DNA from: Patescibacteria group bacterium
GTDB taxonomy: Bacteria > Patescibacteriota > Patescibacteriia > JAXHNJ01
Direction: 5' to 3'
Length of the DNA: 64,000 bases
NCBI GenBank assembly: GCA_034520665.1
Contig: JAXHNJ010000002.1
Coordinates: forward strand, 352,660 to 416,659
The notes under the pieces are model-generated. The model worked only from the letters and a program-made list of their open reading frames with translations, did not search any database and had not been told where the DNA came from. This document shows, piece after piece, positions 28,529 to 39,513 of this stretch; the first letter of the stretch is position 1; every line of letters begins with the position of its first letter. The translations under genes were made by a program, and so were the position numbers.

Positions 28529-29527
28529 ATGCTTTTATTTTGGATTTTAGTCTTTATTGTTTCCTTAGCAGTATTAGTAAAATGCGCTGACTGGTTTTTA
28601 ATCAGTGCGGAAAAAATAGGCCTATCCCTGGGCTTATCCCCTTTTATTGTCGGCGTGACTATTGTTGCTTTAGGTACTTCTTTTCCTGAACTTATTACTG
28701 CTTTAACCGCCTCGTTCAAAGGAGTAACTGAAATTGTGCCAGCTAATGCTATTGGCTCCAACATCGCCAATATACTTTTAGTGGTTGGTTTTGCCGCCAT
28801 TTTCGCTAAAAAATTAACTGTTACCAAAAGCTTAATTAATCTTGACCTGCCTCTTTTAGCTATTGGCACCGTCCTTCTTTTGGGTATTCTTTGGGATGGG
28901 GAAGTTAATATATTGGAAGCAGTACTTTTGCTTTTAACTTATACCACCTATATTTTTTATACTCTAAAACATGAGGAAGAACCTAACTCTTCTGAAGAAA
29001 GAGAAATTCTGCCATCGCGCCCCAGCCGCCGTCACCACATTACCCACAAAAAAAAGAAAGGGGGAATTAAACAACAAAAATTAATAAAAAAGGATTTTGT
29101 TTTATTAGTTATCGGAGTTTTAGGCTTAATTTTTGGTTCTCGTTATTTAATAAATTCGGTTACTGAGATTTCCGCTATATTAGAAATTGGCGCCGGAGTT
29201 ATTGCTATCTCGGCCGTGGCTATTGGTACCTCTTTGCCCGAATTAATGGTTACTATTAAGGCCGCTCTAGCTCATAAATCAGAAGTGGCCTTAGGTAATA
29301 TATTCGGCTCCAATATCTTTAACATGCTAGTGGTAGTTGGTTTACCCGGTATTTTTTCCAACTTAAAAGCTGATGAAAAAACCATTACCCTTGGTCTGCC
29401 CGCTTTGGCTCTAACTACTTTAATATTTGTTATCTCCGGTATCTCCAGAAAGATTCATATCTGGGAAGGTTTTTTCTATCTTTCTTTGTATGTTTTATTT
29501 ATTGGTAAGTTATTTGATTTGTTTTAA
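28529..29527 (+). CDS. Ca2+/Na+ antiporter (YrbG/CaCA family)
   Basis: Two alpha repeats, GTSFPE..GSNI and GTSLPE..GSNI. Confidence 0.93.
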   Translation: MLLFWILVFIVSLAVLVKCADWFLISAEKIGLSLGLSPFIVGVTIVALGTSFPELITALTASFKGVTEIVPANAIGSNIANILLVVGFAAIFAKKLTVTKSLINLDLPLLAIGTVLLLGILWDGEVNILEAVLLLLTYTTYIFYTLKHEEEPNSSEEREILPSRPSRRHHITHKKKKGGIKQQKLIKKDFVLLVIGVLGLIFGSRYLINSVTEISAILEIGAGVIAISAVAIGTSLPELMVTIKAALAHKSEVALGNIFGSNIFNMLVVVGLPGIFSNLKADEKTITLGLPALALTTLIFVISGISRKIHIWEGFFYLSLYVLFIGKLFDLF

Positions 29528-29578
29528 AGAAAATAAAAGTTTAATTTTTTAAATTAAAAATAAAATAGGAATAAAACC

Positions 29579-30505
29579 CTATTTTTTATTTTCTTTAATT
29601 AATTTATATGAAAATATAGGCCCAAGAATAAATAAAAAAATTACTTTAACGGCTCTTCCCAGTAAAGCACTAGCCAGTGATACTGTCGGGGATATACCAA
29701 AAGCATTTGCAGAAAAAACAATAATTACTTCTTCTATACCTAGATTAGCTGGTGTAATTGATATGAGTAAAGAAAGATTAGTTAAGGAAGAAAGAATTAA
29801 AGCTCCTGCAAAATTAATTTCCACTCCAAAAACTTTAAATTGAAGGATCAGCATCAAAGCAATTAATGTAAGCTGAAAAATAGCAAAAAGAGCTACCAAA
29901 AAGATAATTTTTTGATTATTTTTAATTAAATTCCAGCCATGGAAAACTTTTGAAATTTTTCCTAACCACCTCCCTTTTAATTTCGGAATGTATCCCGAGA
30001 AAAAAATTAATAATAACATTAATAAAATAATAATAAAAAAAATACCTATTATTAACCAATTATAATTTTCTATTATATTAAAAATATATAAAGAAGAAAA
30101 TAAACCAATAATTCCTGAAACAATAAATATTATTATATACATCCCAGCCAGAGTAGATAAAAAAGTAGTATAACTTAATTTATATTTTTTTTTCAGATAA
30201 GCAGCTCTAATCATCATTCCCCCTCTAAAAGGAGTTATTAAATTATAAAAACCCGTAGCCACAGCTAGCATAAAAGATTCACTAACTTTAATAATTATCC
30301 CAAAAGGTTTAAGCAATGAGCGAATATAAACCGCTACACAAATATAAGAAACCCCAAATAATATAATAAGGTAAATAATTAAAGCTGGAGAAACTAGAGA
30401 AAGTTTTTGAAAACTCGAAATATTATTGAAAATATAATATAAAGCAAAAATTAAAAGTAATAATAGAATTATTAACTTTATTATATTTTTTTTAATTTTA
30501 TTCAT
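29579..30505 (-). CDS. UPF0104 / LPG-synthase TM-domain (putative flippase) protein
   Basis: Multi-TM; NLITPFRGG..R and TPANLGIEE motifs. Confidence 0.8.
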   Translation of the reverse strand: MNKIKKNIIKLIILLLLLIFALYYIFNNISSFQKLSLVSPALIIYLIILFGVSYICVAVYIRSLLKPFGIIIKVSESFMLAVATGFYNLITPFRGGMMIRAAYLKKKYKLSYTTFLSTLAGMYIIIFIVSGIIGLFSSLYIFNIIENYNWLIIGIFFIIILLMLLLIFFSGYIPKLKGRWLGKISKVFHGWNLIKNNQKIIFLVALFAIFQLTLIALMLILQFKVFGVEINFAGALILSSLTNLSLLISITPANLGIEEVIIVFSANAFGISPTVSLASALLGRAVKVIFLFILGPIFSYKLIKENKK

Positions 30506-30514
30506 ATTATAAAA

Positions 30515-31276
30515 TTATAATTTTTTGGCTATACATAAATACCCTTCAGATAAATCAAACCTATTAAATAATTTGCTAAATTGTATAAAGGAATAAAGCA
30601 CATACTTGTTGGAAATTAAACTTATTAGAGGTAATTTAACAAAATTAAGTCCACTTTTCTGGCTAAGTTCATATTTGCTTCTAGTTAATATTTTATTTTT
30701 CTCTCGTCTTGCAAATATAATTCTAATTAATTTTAATAAATTTAAAAAAGGAAATCCATAAGAATAAAATTTAATTATCTGAAAATTATTCTTTCCTAAA
30801 AAATTAATTAATTCTGCTTTTTCATAACGCCTAAAATGACCGACCAATTTATCATCAATACCCCAATATTTTCTACGAGCAGGAACAGAGAAAACAATAT
30901 AACCGTTGGAATTTAATAAAAAATTTATTTTATCTAAAAAATCTTGGTCATTTTCTATATGTTCAAGAACTTCAAAAAAAGTGATTAATCCAAATTTTTT
31001 ATTTGTCTTAAATTTTAAAAAATCAATTTGACTAAATTTTAATTCTTTGGATTTTTCCTCTTTAATCCTATTTTTAATTATTTTTGCCGCTTTTTTAGAA
31101 AAATCGATAAGATGCCCCATATAATTACTTTTAATTAAACTAAAGGCAAAATCTCCAGAACCACAACCTATATCAAGAAAATATGTTTTTTTAGGTACAT
31201 AATTTTTAATTAAATCTAAAGCTAATTTTTTTCTAAATAAATAGCGTGGGTATTTTATAAATTTATTTTCTGACAT
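30515..31276 (-). CDS. Class I SAM-dependent methyltransferase
   Basis: LDIGCGSG, EVLEHI, VPA....D...GHFRRY. Confidence 0.88.
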   Translation of the reverse strand: MSENKFIKYPRYLFRKKLALDLIKNYVPKKTYFLDIGCGSGDFAFSLIKSNYMGHLIDFSKKAAKIIKNRIKEEKSKELKFSQIDFLKFKTNKKFGLITFFEVLEHIENDQDFLDKINFLLNSNGYIVFSVPARRKYWGIDDKLVGHFRRYEKAELINFLGKNNFQIIKFYSYGFPFLNLLKLIRIIFARREKNKILTRSKYELSQKSGLNFVKLPLISLISNKYVLYSFIQFSKLFNRFDLSEGYLCIAKKL

Positions 31277-32327
31277 TTTTTTTAATTATCTCTTCCAATG
31301 AATTTTTAATTCTCTCCTGCACTGATAAAAATGTATTAAATCCCTTTTCTGAAATTTTCTCTATTAATATTTTATTATTTTCTAATTGGGTTATTGCTTT
31401 AACTAAATCTTTTGGATCAGAATTTTTTACCATTAAACAATTATTTTGACTAATAAAAACTTCCTTATTAGCTTCATTCTGACTAACAATGACTGGCTTC
31501 TTCATTGCTAAGAACTGATAAACTTTTCCTGGAATCACTCTTTTAGCTTTAGAAATTTTTGAGAAATGACCGCCTAAACAAACATCAGCTTTAGCAATTT
31601 CCTCCGGCAATTTTTCATATTTAATCCAATCAATAAATTCTATATTATTTATATTTTTTTCTGCAACAATCTTATTAATCTTATTTTTTTTCGGCCCTCG
31701 TCCAATAATTTTAAAAATGATATTTTTTTTATTCTCTAATAACTTGGCAGATTCAACAATATATTCTAAACCATGCAAGGGGCGAAAAGTTGAATAATAT
31801 AAAACAATAAATTTATTAATTTTTTTTATTTCTTGACGCGGATAAAAAATATTCTTGTCAGCGCCAACATAGACTGAAGAAATTTTATTTTTAGGTATTT
31901 TATAAAGTTCCTTAAAGAATTTAACATGAGTCTTTGTATCCAATAAAATATGATCAACAATACCAAGTAGATATTTTTCAAAGTAAAACATCAACTTACC
32001 AATTAATGAATAAGGTGAGATAACTTTTCTCTCAAAACAAAGCGTATCATAAAGTGATATAAAAGCGTCAAAAATTATCGGCTTTTTAGTTAATAAGCGC
32101 AAAAAAGGTAAAACCTCGTGACCACGAAAACCGACAATAATTACATCTATATCTTTTTTAGAAATAAATAGATATTTCCAGAAAACCTGTAAATATCTAA
32201 ATAAAGATTTTTTATTTACAACACATTCTATGACATCAATACTTTTAATTTCTTTTAGGCAATTAATGATTACATTTTGTCTGACATAATTATCTAAATA
32301 ATAAGTGGCAAAGTAAAGAATTTTCAT
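31263..32327 (-). CDS. Glycosyltransferase family 4
   Basis: GT-B fold; PLHGLEYI, ADVCLG.F, IP.K.Y..LAM.KPVI. Confidence 0.88.
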   Translation of the reverse strand: MKILYFATYYLDNYVRQNVIINCLKEIKSIDVIECVVNKKSLFRYLQVFWKYLFISKKDIDVIIVGFRGHEVLPFLRLLTKKPIIFDAFISLYDTLCFERKVISPYSLIGKLMFYFEKYLLGIVDHILLDTKTHVKFFKELYKIPKNKISSVYVGADKNIFYPRQEIKKINKFIVLYYSTFRPLHGLEYIVESAKLLENKKNIIFKIIGRGPKKNKINKIVAEKNINNIEFIDWIKYEKLPEEIAKADVCLGGHFSKISKAKRVIPGKVYQFLAMKKPVIVSQNEANKEVFISQNNCLMVKNSDPKDLVKAITQLENNKILIEKISEKGFNTFLSVQERIKNSLEEIIKKNVRK

Positions 32328-32329
32328 AA

Positions 32330-33310
32330 TTATGATTGATCTTTCTTTACTGTATTATTTCTTTGATAATGTTTTATTTTTTCAAAATATATTATTTTTT
32401 CTTGAGTTCTTCTTACCTTATTAATCATATCAGCTACTAAACCAACAATAATTAGTAATAAACCGAAAATATTTAAGGCTAAGCCCATAAAGCCTAAAGT
32501 TTTATAGGGAAAAACTGCTCCTAAAATTAGTAATCTTATAAATATAAAAATATCAAAAATAAGACCAAGAATAAAAAAAATAATTCCGGTCCAGCCAAAA
32601 TATCTTAAAGGCTTATAATCAATAAGAGTTCTAAAAAAAGTATTTAATATTTGATAGCCATAACGCCAAAGATTATGGGCAATTTTTGATTGACCAAAAT
32701 CTCTTTCGCCCTTTACTTTAATAGGAACTTCTTTAATTAATAAATTTTTAAAAGCTAAATTAAGAATCGTTTCATGGGTGTAAGTATAACGCCCAAAAAG
32801 ATTAAGGTTCAGTAAGGCCTCTCTAGAATAAGCCCGAAAACCGCAGGAAACATCATAGAATTTTTTCTTTGTTGATAAACTGATTAATCGGCTAATTATA
32901 AAATTACCCCCTTTTTTTAGCCGCGGCATTCTAGGAATAATTTTTTTATTTATAAATCTTGAAGCAGTGACTAAAGCCTTTTTTTCCTCTATTATTGGTT
33001 TCACTAAATAAGGAATATCTCCGGCATTAAACTGACCATCAGCGTCAATATTAACCATTATATCTGCTTTTCTTTTTAAAGCTTCCTCTACTCCTCTTTG
33101 AAAAACTAAACTTAAGCCCTGATTTTCTAAAAAAGAAATAACTTCGGCTCCGGCTCTTAAAGCTTCCCTTTTTGTGGCGTCATCAGAGCCATCATCAATA
33201 ACTAAAACTTCTATATTATCAATTCCTTTAATTTCTTGGGGGATATCTTTTATAACCGACTTTATTGTCTTTTCTTCGTTATAGGCCGGCAGTAAAACTA
33301 ATAACTTCAT
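32330..33310 (-). CDS. Glycosyltransferase family 2 (polyprenol-phosphate glycosyltransferase-like)
   Basis: LPAYNEE, DDGS.D.T, DADGQ, two C-terminal TMs. Confidence 0.9.
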   Translation of the reverse strand: MKLLVLLPAYNEEKTIKSVIKDIPQEIKGIDNIEVLVIDDGSDDATKREALRAGAEVISFLENQGLSLVFQRGVEEALKRKADIMVNIDADGQFNAGDIPYLVKPIIEEKKALVTASRFINKKIIPRMPRLKKGGNFIISRLISLSTKKKFYDVSCGFRAYSREALLNLNLFGRYTYTHETILNLAFKNLLIKEVPIKVKGERDFGQSKIAHNLWRYGYQILNTFFRTLIDYKPLRYFGWTGIIFFILGLIFDIFIFIRLLILGAVFPYKTLGFMGLALNIFGLLLIIVGLVADMINKVRRTQEKIIYFEKIKHYQRNNTVKKDQS

Positions 33311-33350
33311 ATCTTTTATTTAATCATATAATTAATAATTATTAAAGAAA

Positions 33351-34892
33351 TTAATTTATTTTTATTTTATAAAAATAAAATCCATTTTTTTCAAATAGTA
33401 ATTTTAAATCTTTATTTTCTTTTATTTTATATAGATTTTTCAAATTTGGTCTAAGATATGGTATTTTTTCATTGTTAAAAATAAGATATTTTATTTCTCT
33501 GTTTCTAGCAAATTCAATTATATCTTCATACTCATTGCTTGGCAAAATATAATTTATTCCTTGAGCCCAATAAGCTATTATTCTTGCATTCGTTAATATT
33601 TTATGGCCAGAGCCATACTTTTCCTTAAAAAATTGACTCATTTCTTTTATTTCTGTATCTCTGAACAAGGAAAAAAATCTGAATTGATAACCATCTTCTA
33701 TAGCAATAACAAACTGAAAAGACAAAAAAACTAATAAAATACTCAATATAACTATCCTCTTCTTTTTAAAGGATAAACTTTGATATAATCTCACTATACC
33801 TACGGCCACAATCATTAATATAATTGGAGTTAGCGGAAAGTAATAGCGGTAATAGACTTTTCCTGAATAATATATAAAAAGGAAAAAGGGTATCCAGCTA
33901 CCTAAAAAATAAAGTTTGTGCAAAATATATTTTTTCTTTTTTGAAAAATAAAAAGCAAAAACTATAAAAATTATCTGAAAAATAAAGTAACAGATAACAT
34001 AGGCTATATTATGAGGTAAATTTCTGAAAAAATTATTAATATAAATAATTATATACGATTTTTTTGGTTTTTCCATTTCTAGCTGGTTACTATTATAATC
34101 TGTATTTTCTTCATTCAACCCAAAGAAAATGATATTTTTTTCAAAATAAGAACTTTTGCTAGAAGAAACCGCGTAATCCTGCTGACCGGTAATTACAAAC
34201 TGGCCTTTTTCTTTATATAAATAAATCAAATAAGGAGAAACAACCATAACCACACCAATTATTAATAAGGTTAAACTAATAAATAATTTCTTTAATCTAA
34301 TTCTTTTATAATAAATATAATTAATAAAAAGCCATAAGATTATAACCGGCAAAAAACTTAAACCAACAATTCTTACATAATAAGAAAAACCAATTAAAAT
34401 ACCTAAGATCAGATACCAAAAAGTATTTTTCTCTTTATTTAAAAGAAGCCAACTTAAAAGAACAATACTAATAAAGAGAAAAGTAAATAAAGCTTCGGTC
34501 CAGGCCGCACCAGAATACCAAATAACATAAGGGTTTAAAATAAATAAAATAATAGATAGAATAGCTATTTTAAAATTAAAAAGTTTTTTAGCCAGAAAAT
34601 AAATAATAATAATTGATAAAAAAGTACTAATTAAGGAAACAATCTGGCTGGCCAGTTCAATATTATTTAAATAAAAATTATAAACATAAATCATAAAAGG
34701 AAAACCAGGCTGTATCAAACTATTTAACCGGGTAGTAGTATTAATCTTTAAACTTTTATCTAGGTTTTCTGCTAATTTGAAATATAAGGCTGAGTCACTA
34801 CTAGAAACCACTGAAGAAGAAAAAGTAAAAAATAAAACAAGAGCTAATAACAATATACCTCCCACAAAATATATTTCTTTTTTTCTAGACAT
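33351..34892 (-). CDS. GT-C fold glycosyltransferase (PMT/ArnT-like), copy 1
   Basis: DSALY loop, QPG, TEALF, RYYFP, multiple TMs. Confidence 0.82.
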   Translation of the reverse strand: MSRKKEIYFVGGILLLALVLFFTFSSSVVSSSDSALYFKLAENLDKSLKINTTTRLNSLIQPGFPFMIYVYNFYLNNIELASQIVSLISTFLSIIIIYFLAKKLFNFKIAILSIILFILNPYVIWYSGAAWTEALFTFLFISIVLLSWLLLNKEKNTFWYLILGILIGFSYYVRIVGLSFLPVIILWLFINYIYYKRIRLKKLFISLTLLIIGVVMVVSPYLIYLYKEKGQFVITGQQDYAVSSSKSSYFEKNIIFFGLNEENTDYNSNQLEMEKPKKSYIIIYINNFFRNLPHNIAYVICYFIFQIIFIVFAFYFSKKKKYILHKLYFLGSWIPFFLFIYYSGKVYYRYYFPLTPIILMIVAVGIVRLYQSLSFKKKRIVILSILLVFLSFQFVIAIEDGYQFRFFSLFRDTEIKEMSQFFKEKYGSGHKILTNARIIAYWAQGINYILPSNEYEDIIEFARNREIKYLIFNNEKIPYLRPNLKNLYKIKENKDLKLLFEKNGFYFYKIKIN

Positions 34893-34915
34893 TATTAAAG
34901 CTTTTTTAATTATTT

Positions 34916-34980
34916 TAAAATTTACCCCGCCCCATTGTTTTTTCTTCGTTATAGGCCGGCAGTAAAACTAATAACTTCAT
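34916..34980 (-). pseudogene. Duplicated 5' fragment of the GT2 gene
   Basis: MKLLVLLPAYNEEKT is identical to the start of the gene at 33310, then diverges and stops; marks the junction of a 1670-bp tandem duplication. Confidence 0.85.
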
Positions 34981-35020
34981 ATCTTTTATTTAATCATATA
35001 ATTAATAATTATTAAAGAAA

Positions 35021-36565
35021 TTAATTTATTTTTATTTTATAAAAATAAAATCCATTTTTTTCAAATAGTAATTTTAAATCTTTATTTTCTTTTATTTTAT
35101 ATAGATTTTCTAATCTAGGCCTTATCCAAGAAATACGATTTTTATCAAAAATAAGATATTTTATTTCTCTGTTTCTAGCAAATTCAATTATATCTTCATA
35201 CTCATTGCTTGGCAAAATATAATTTATTCCTTGAGCCCAATAAGCTATTATTCTTGCATTCGTTAATATTTTATGGCCAGAGCCATACTTTTCCTTAAAA
35301 AATTGACTCATTTCTTTTATTTCTGTATCTCTGAACAAGGAAAAAAATCTGAATTGATAACCATCTTCTATAGCAATAACAAACTGAAAAGACAAAAAAA
35401 CTAATAAAATACTCAATATAACTATCCTCTTCTTTTTAAAGGATAAACTTTGATATAATCTCACTATACCTACGGCCACAATCATTAATATAATTGGAGT
35501 TAGCGGAAAGTAATAGCGGTAATAGACTTTTCCTGAATAATATATAAAAAGGAAAAAGGGTATCCAGCTACCTAAAAAATAAAGTTTGTGCAAAATATAT
35601 TTTTTCTTTTTTGAAAAATAAAAAGCAAAAACTATAAAAATTATCTGAAAAATAAAGTAACAGATAACATAGGCTATATTATGAGGTAAATTTCTGAAAA
35701 AATTATTAATATAAATAATTATATACGATTTTTTTGGTTTTTCCATTTCTAGCTGGTTACTATTATAATCTGTATTTTCTTCATTCAACCCAAAGAAAAT
35801 GATATTTTTTTCAAAATAAGAACTTTTGCTAGAAGAAACCGCGTAATCCTGCTGACCGGTAATTACAAACTGGCCTTTTTCTTTATATAAATAAATCAAA
35901 TAAGGAGAAACAACCATAACCACACCAATTATTAATAAGGTTAAACTAATAAATAATTTCTTTAATCTAATTCTTTTATAATAAATATAATTAATAAAAA
36001 GCCATAAGATTATAACCGGCAAAAAACTTAAACCAACAATTCTTACATAATAAGAAAAACCAATTAAAATACCTAAAATTAGATACCAAAAAGTATTTTT
36101 TTCTTTATTTAAAAGAAGCCAACTTAAAAAAACAATACTAATAAAGAGAAAAGTAAATAAAGCTTCGGTCCAGGCGGCACCAGAACACCAAATAACATAA
36201 GGGTTTAAAATAAATAAAATAATAGATAGAATAGCTATTTTAAAATTAAAAAGTTTTTTAGCCAGAAAATAAATAATTATTATTGATAAAAAAGTGCTAA
36301 TCAAGGAAACAAGCTGGCTGGCCAGTTCAATATTATTTAAATAAAAATTATAAACATAAATCATAAAGGAATAACCAGGTTGTACCAGGCTATGCAAACT
36401 AGTAGTAGTATTAATCTTTAAACTTTTATCTAGGTTTTCTGCTAATTTGAAATATAAGGCTGAGTCACTGGTAGAAACTACTGAGGAAGAAAAAGTAAAA
36501 AATAAAACAAGAGCTAATAACAATATACCTCCAAGAAAATATATTTCCTTTTTCTTTCCCATCAT
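35021..36565 (-). CDS. GT-C fold glycosyltransferase (PMT/ArnT-like), copy 2
   Basis: Near-identical paralog of 33351-34892, offset 1670 bp. Confidence 0.82.
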   Translation of the reverse strand: MMGKKKEIYFLGGILLLALVLFFTFSSSVVSTSDSALYFKLAENLDKSLKINTTTSLHSLVQPGYSFMIYVYNFYLNNIELASQLVSLISTFLSIIIIYFLAKKLFNFKIAILSIILFILNPYVIWCSGAAWTEALFTFLFISIVFLSWLLLNKEKNTFWYLILGILIGFSYYVRIVGLSFLPVIILWLFINYIYYKRIRLKKLFISLTLLIIGVVMVVSPYLIYLYKEKGQFVITGQQDYAVSSSKSSYFEKNIIFFGLNEENTDYNSNQLEMEKPKKSYIIIYINNFFRNLPHNIAYVICYFIFQIIFIVFAFYFSKKKKYILHKLYFLGSWIPFFLFIYYSGKVYYRYYFPLTPIILMIVAVGIVRLYQSLSFKKKRIVILSILLVFLSFQFVIAIEDGYQFRFFSLFRDTEIKEMSQFFKEKYGSGHKILTNARIIAYWAQGINYILPSNEYEDIIEFARNREIKYLIFDKNRISWIRPRLENLYKIKENKDLKLLFEKNGFYFYKIKIN

Positions 36566-36696
36566 TAAAACTTTTTTAATTATTTTTAAAATCTGTTCCT
36601 CTCTTTATAATAAATAATAATTGAAAAAAAGCAGTTAAGCAAGCCGTTTATCTCTTAAAATAAAAGATGATGGCTCTTTAAATTTTGGAGGAAATA

Positions 36697-36987
36697 ATGT
36701 CAGAAGAAAAGATTAAAAAATTAGCCGCTCATGAAATTGGCTGGTGGAGGGCGCATCATAGAAAAGATAAAAAGGAATTCTTAGATCATATGGTTAAACT
36801 ATATATAATTCAATTTGGAATTAAAGAACAAAAAGCCTGTGAAGCTGTTAAATGGAAAATTGAAGCAGCTGACTGACATGATAAAGCTGAATATTATGAA
36901 GATAAAGGAGAACAAGAAAGAGGCAACGATTTTTGGAAAAAAGCTGAGGAATGCTTGCGAGAGCATTTCAAGATTCTGACGAGTTAA
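36697..36987 (+). pseudogene. Hypothetical helical protein interrupted by an in-frame TGA
   Basis: GGAGG SD and ATG 36697; TGA at 36874-36876; frame continues HDKAEYYEDK...WKKAEECLREHFKILTS to TAA 36987. Confidence 0.6.
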
Positions 36988-37023
36988 TATTTTCAGGGCC
37001 TCAAATAAGAAGCTCTTTTTCTT

Positions 37024-37054
37024 TTCTATATATCTTGATCACTCCCCGCCAAAG
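37024..37054. repeat. Tandem short GC hairpins (CCCGCCAAAGGCGGG / TCCGCCTCTGGCGGA)
   Basis: Two adjacent palindromes flanked by a repeated ATATCTTG; approximate coordinates, element lies within 37020-37085. Confidence 0.5.
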
Positions 37055-37098
37055 GCGGGTCCGCCTCTGGCGGAAATATCTTGTTATCTCTCTTATAT

Positions 37099-37126
37099 TT
37101 GACAAATCTCAAAAATAGGTTATAAT
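37099..37126 (+). promoter_or_regulatory. sigma70 promoter of the 23S-5S unit
   Basis: TTGACA-16 bp-TATAAT; boxA-like GAACTTTGACAAT near 37285. Confidence 0.75.
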
Positions 37127-39513
37127 AACCAATACAAGAGAAATAAGGAGTTATCCACAAAAATATGGAACAAAAAAACCTTAATCTTAAACAAAAAAGC
37201 GGCTAATTTGCGCCTAATTATTTTTTAAGCGTAAAAGTCGCTTGAAAGCGGCTTTTTTGTTTCTTACATTAACTTCTTTAATAAGAACTTTGACAATTAA
37301 ATAATGGTAACAATAAAGAGCATCTACTTAAAATCAACTAAAAAATTAACTTAAATTCATATTTTTAAGCGAGTAAATCAGGATCTAAAAAAGAGCATAT
37401 GGTGGATGCCTCGACATTAAAAGGCGAAGAAGGACGTAGCAGCCTGCGATAAGCCTCGGTCAGGTGGCAAGCAACCTTTGATCCGGGGATTTCCGAATGG
37501 GGAAACCCGTCTGTCTTTTTAAGGACAGTCATCTATGTCTGAATCTATAGGACATAAGAAGTGCACCTGGGGAATTGAAACATCTTAGTACCCAGTGGAA
37601 AAGAAAAAAAAGGGTTAGCTCATAGCTAATGACGGTTTTTGCCGTCATCTGCTATTTGCTAATATATTCCCAGAGTAGTGGCGAGCGAAATGGGAAAAGT
37701 CCAAACTTGTGAAGTTTTTCCGCTTTTGGCGGGAAAGGGGTCATAAGCCCTTATACTTTACGGGGGTAGTGAGATAATTACTTTTAAATCAGCTTATGAC
37801 TGATTGGGGATAGCGTATGTAGTAGACTTTCCTAAAGTTTATTAGGAAATACTATTACTATTTCCTAGCTAAATCACCTGGAAAGGTGAACCAAAGAAGG
37901 TGATAGTCCTGTAAGCAAAAGGAAATAAACTTCCTCGTGATTATTCTCGAGTACCACGAGACTCGTGAAATCCCGTGGGAATCTGGCATGACTATTTTGC
38001 CAAGACTAAATACTTTTAATGATCGATAGCGAACTAGTACCGTGAGGGAAAGGTGAAAAGCACCCCGGTGAGGGGAATGAAATAGTATCTGAAACCATAT
38101 GCTTACAAGCAGTCGGAGTCCCGCCTTTGGTGTGGATGACGGCGTGCCTATTGAAGAATGAGCCAACGACTTAGTTTTATACAGTTTTCGATTAAGCCCT
38201 TCAAGGGCGAAATCAAAGTGAAAGCAAGCGTGAAAACGCGACCATTAGTTAATTAGTGGTTAGTTATTTTATATAATTAATTCACTAATTTTCTAAAAGA
38301 TTGTATGAACTAGACCCGAAGCCAAGTGAGCTATCCATGGCCAGGATGAACTCTTGAGAAATCAAGGGGGAGGTCCGAACCCACTAGCCGTGCAACGCTA
38401 GGGGATGAGCTGTGGATAGAGGTGAAATGCTAATCGAACTTGGCAATAGCTGGTTCTCCTCGAAATAGCTTTAGGGCTAGCCTTATAAATACTTATATGG
38501 AGGTAGAGCACTGAATGGGTGCGGATGGCGTAAGCCTACCACATCCAACCAAACTCCGAATTCCATGTATTTAATTATAGGAGTCAGACCATGGGGGCTA
38601 AGCTCCATCGGTCAAAAGGGAAACAGCCCAGACCACCATCTAAGGTCCCTAAATTTAGGCTAAGTGTAAAGGCAGTATCGCAACTGAAACAACTAGGAGG
38701 TTGGCTTAGAAGCAGCCATCCTTTAAAGAAAGCGTAACAGCTCACTAGTCAAGTTACTTTGCGCCAAAAATTTATAGGGGCTCAAGCCTAATACCGAAGA
38801 TGTGGTCCCCCACTTATTTATAGGTGGGGGAGGTAGAGGAGCATTCCACGTTTACTGAAGTCAATTTGTTAAAATTGATGGAAAACGTGGAAGTGAGAAT
38901 GTTGGCATAAGTAGCAAAAATCAGGGTGAGAATCCCTGACACCGCAAGCTTAAGGTTTCCTGGGCAACGTGAATCGACCCAGGGTTAGTCGGTCCTAAGG
39001 CGAGGCCGAAAGGCGTAGTCGATGGACAGCTGGTTAATATTCCAGCACCGTCTATTTTGCTTGCAACTAATTGACGCATCCTCAAAGTCTGAGCGCATTT
39101 TGGCTATATGCGTTCCTTCACTTAATTTAAGTGGGGGAGAAGAAAAAACCTCCGGGTGGATTCGATTCAGGTGGAGCGGGTGCCAAGAAAAGATTAGCCG
39201 TGTCTAACTTAATAGATGACCGTACCAAAACCAACACAGGTGAGCGGGCAGTTAATCTGCTAAGGTGTACGAGAGAACCCTCGTTTAGGAACTCGGCAAA
39301 ACAGTGGCCGTAACTTCGGGATAAGGCCTTCCCCCACTTGCTTGCAAGTGTGGGGACGCAGTTAATGATCTCAAGCGACTGTTTATCAAAAACACAGGTC
39401 CCTGCTAAACCGTAAGGTGATGTATAGGGGCTGATGCCTGGCCAGTGTCAGAACGTTAAGGGGATAGGTGCAAGCCTTGAACTGAAGCGCTGATGAACGC
39501 CGGCGATAACTAT

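Noticed and set aside
33351-36565. Diversity-generating retroelement (TR/VR) explanation for the near-identical GT-C copies
   Set aside because: Mismatches are not confined to adenines in either copy (e.g. AAC/GAT, CCA/TCT, TAT/TGG), and there is no reverse transcriptase in the window.
36874-36876. Genetic code 25 (TGA = Gly) or selenocysteine
   Set aside because: Long conserved genes are intact in code 11 and TGA ends several genes at plausible positions; no evident SECIS hairpin or redox motif.
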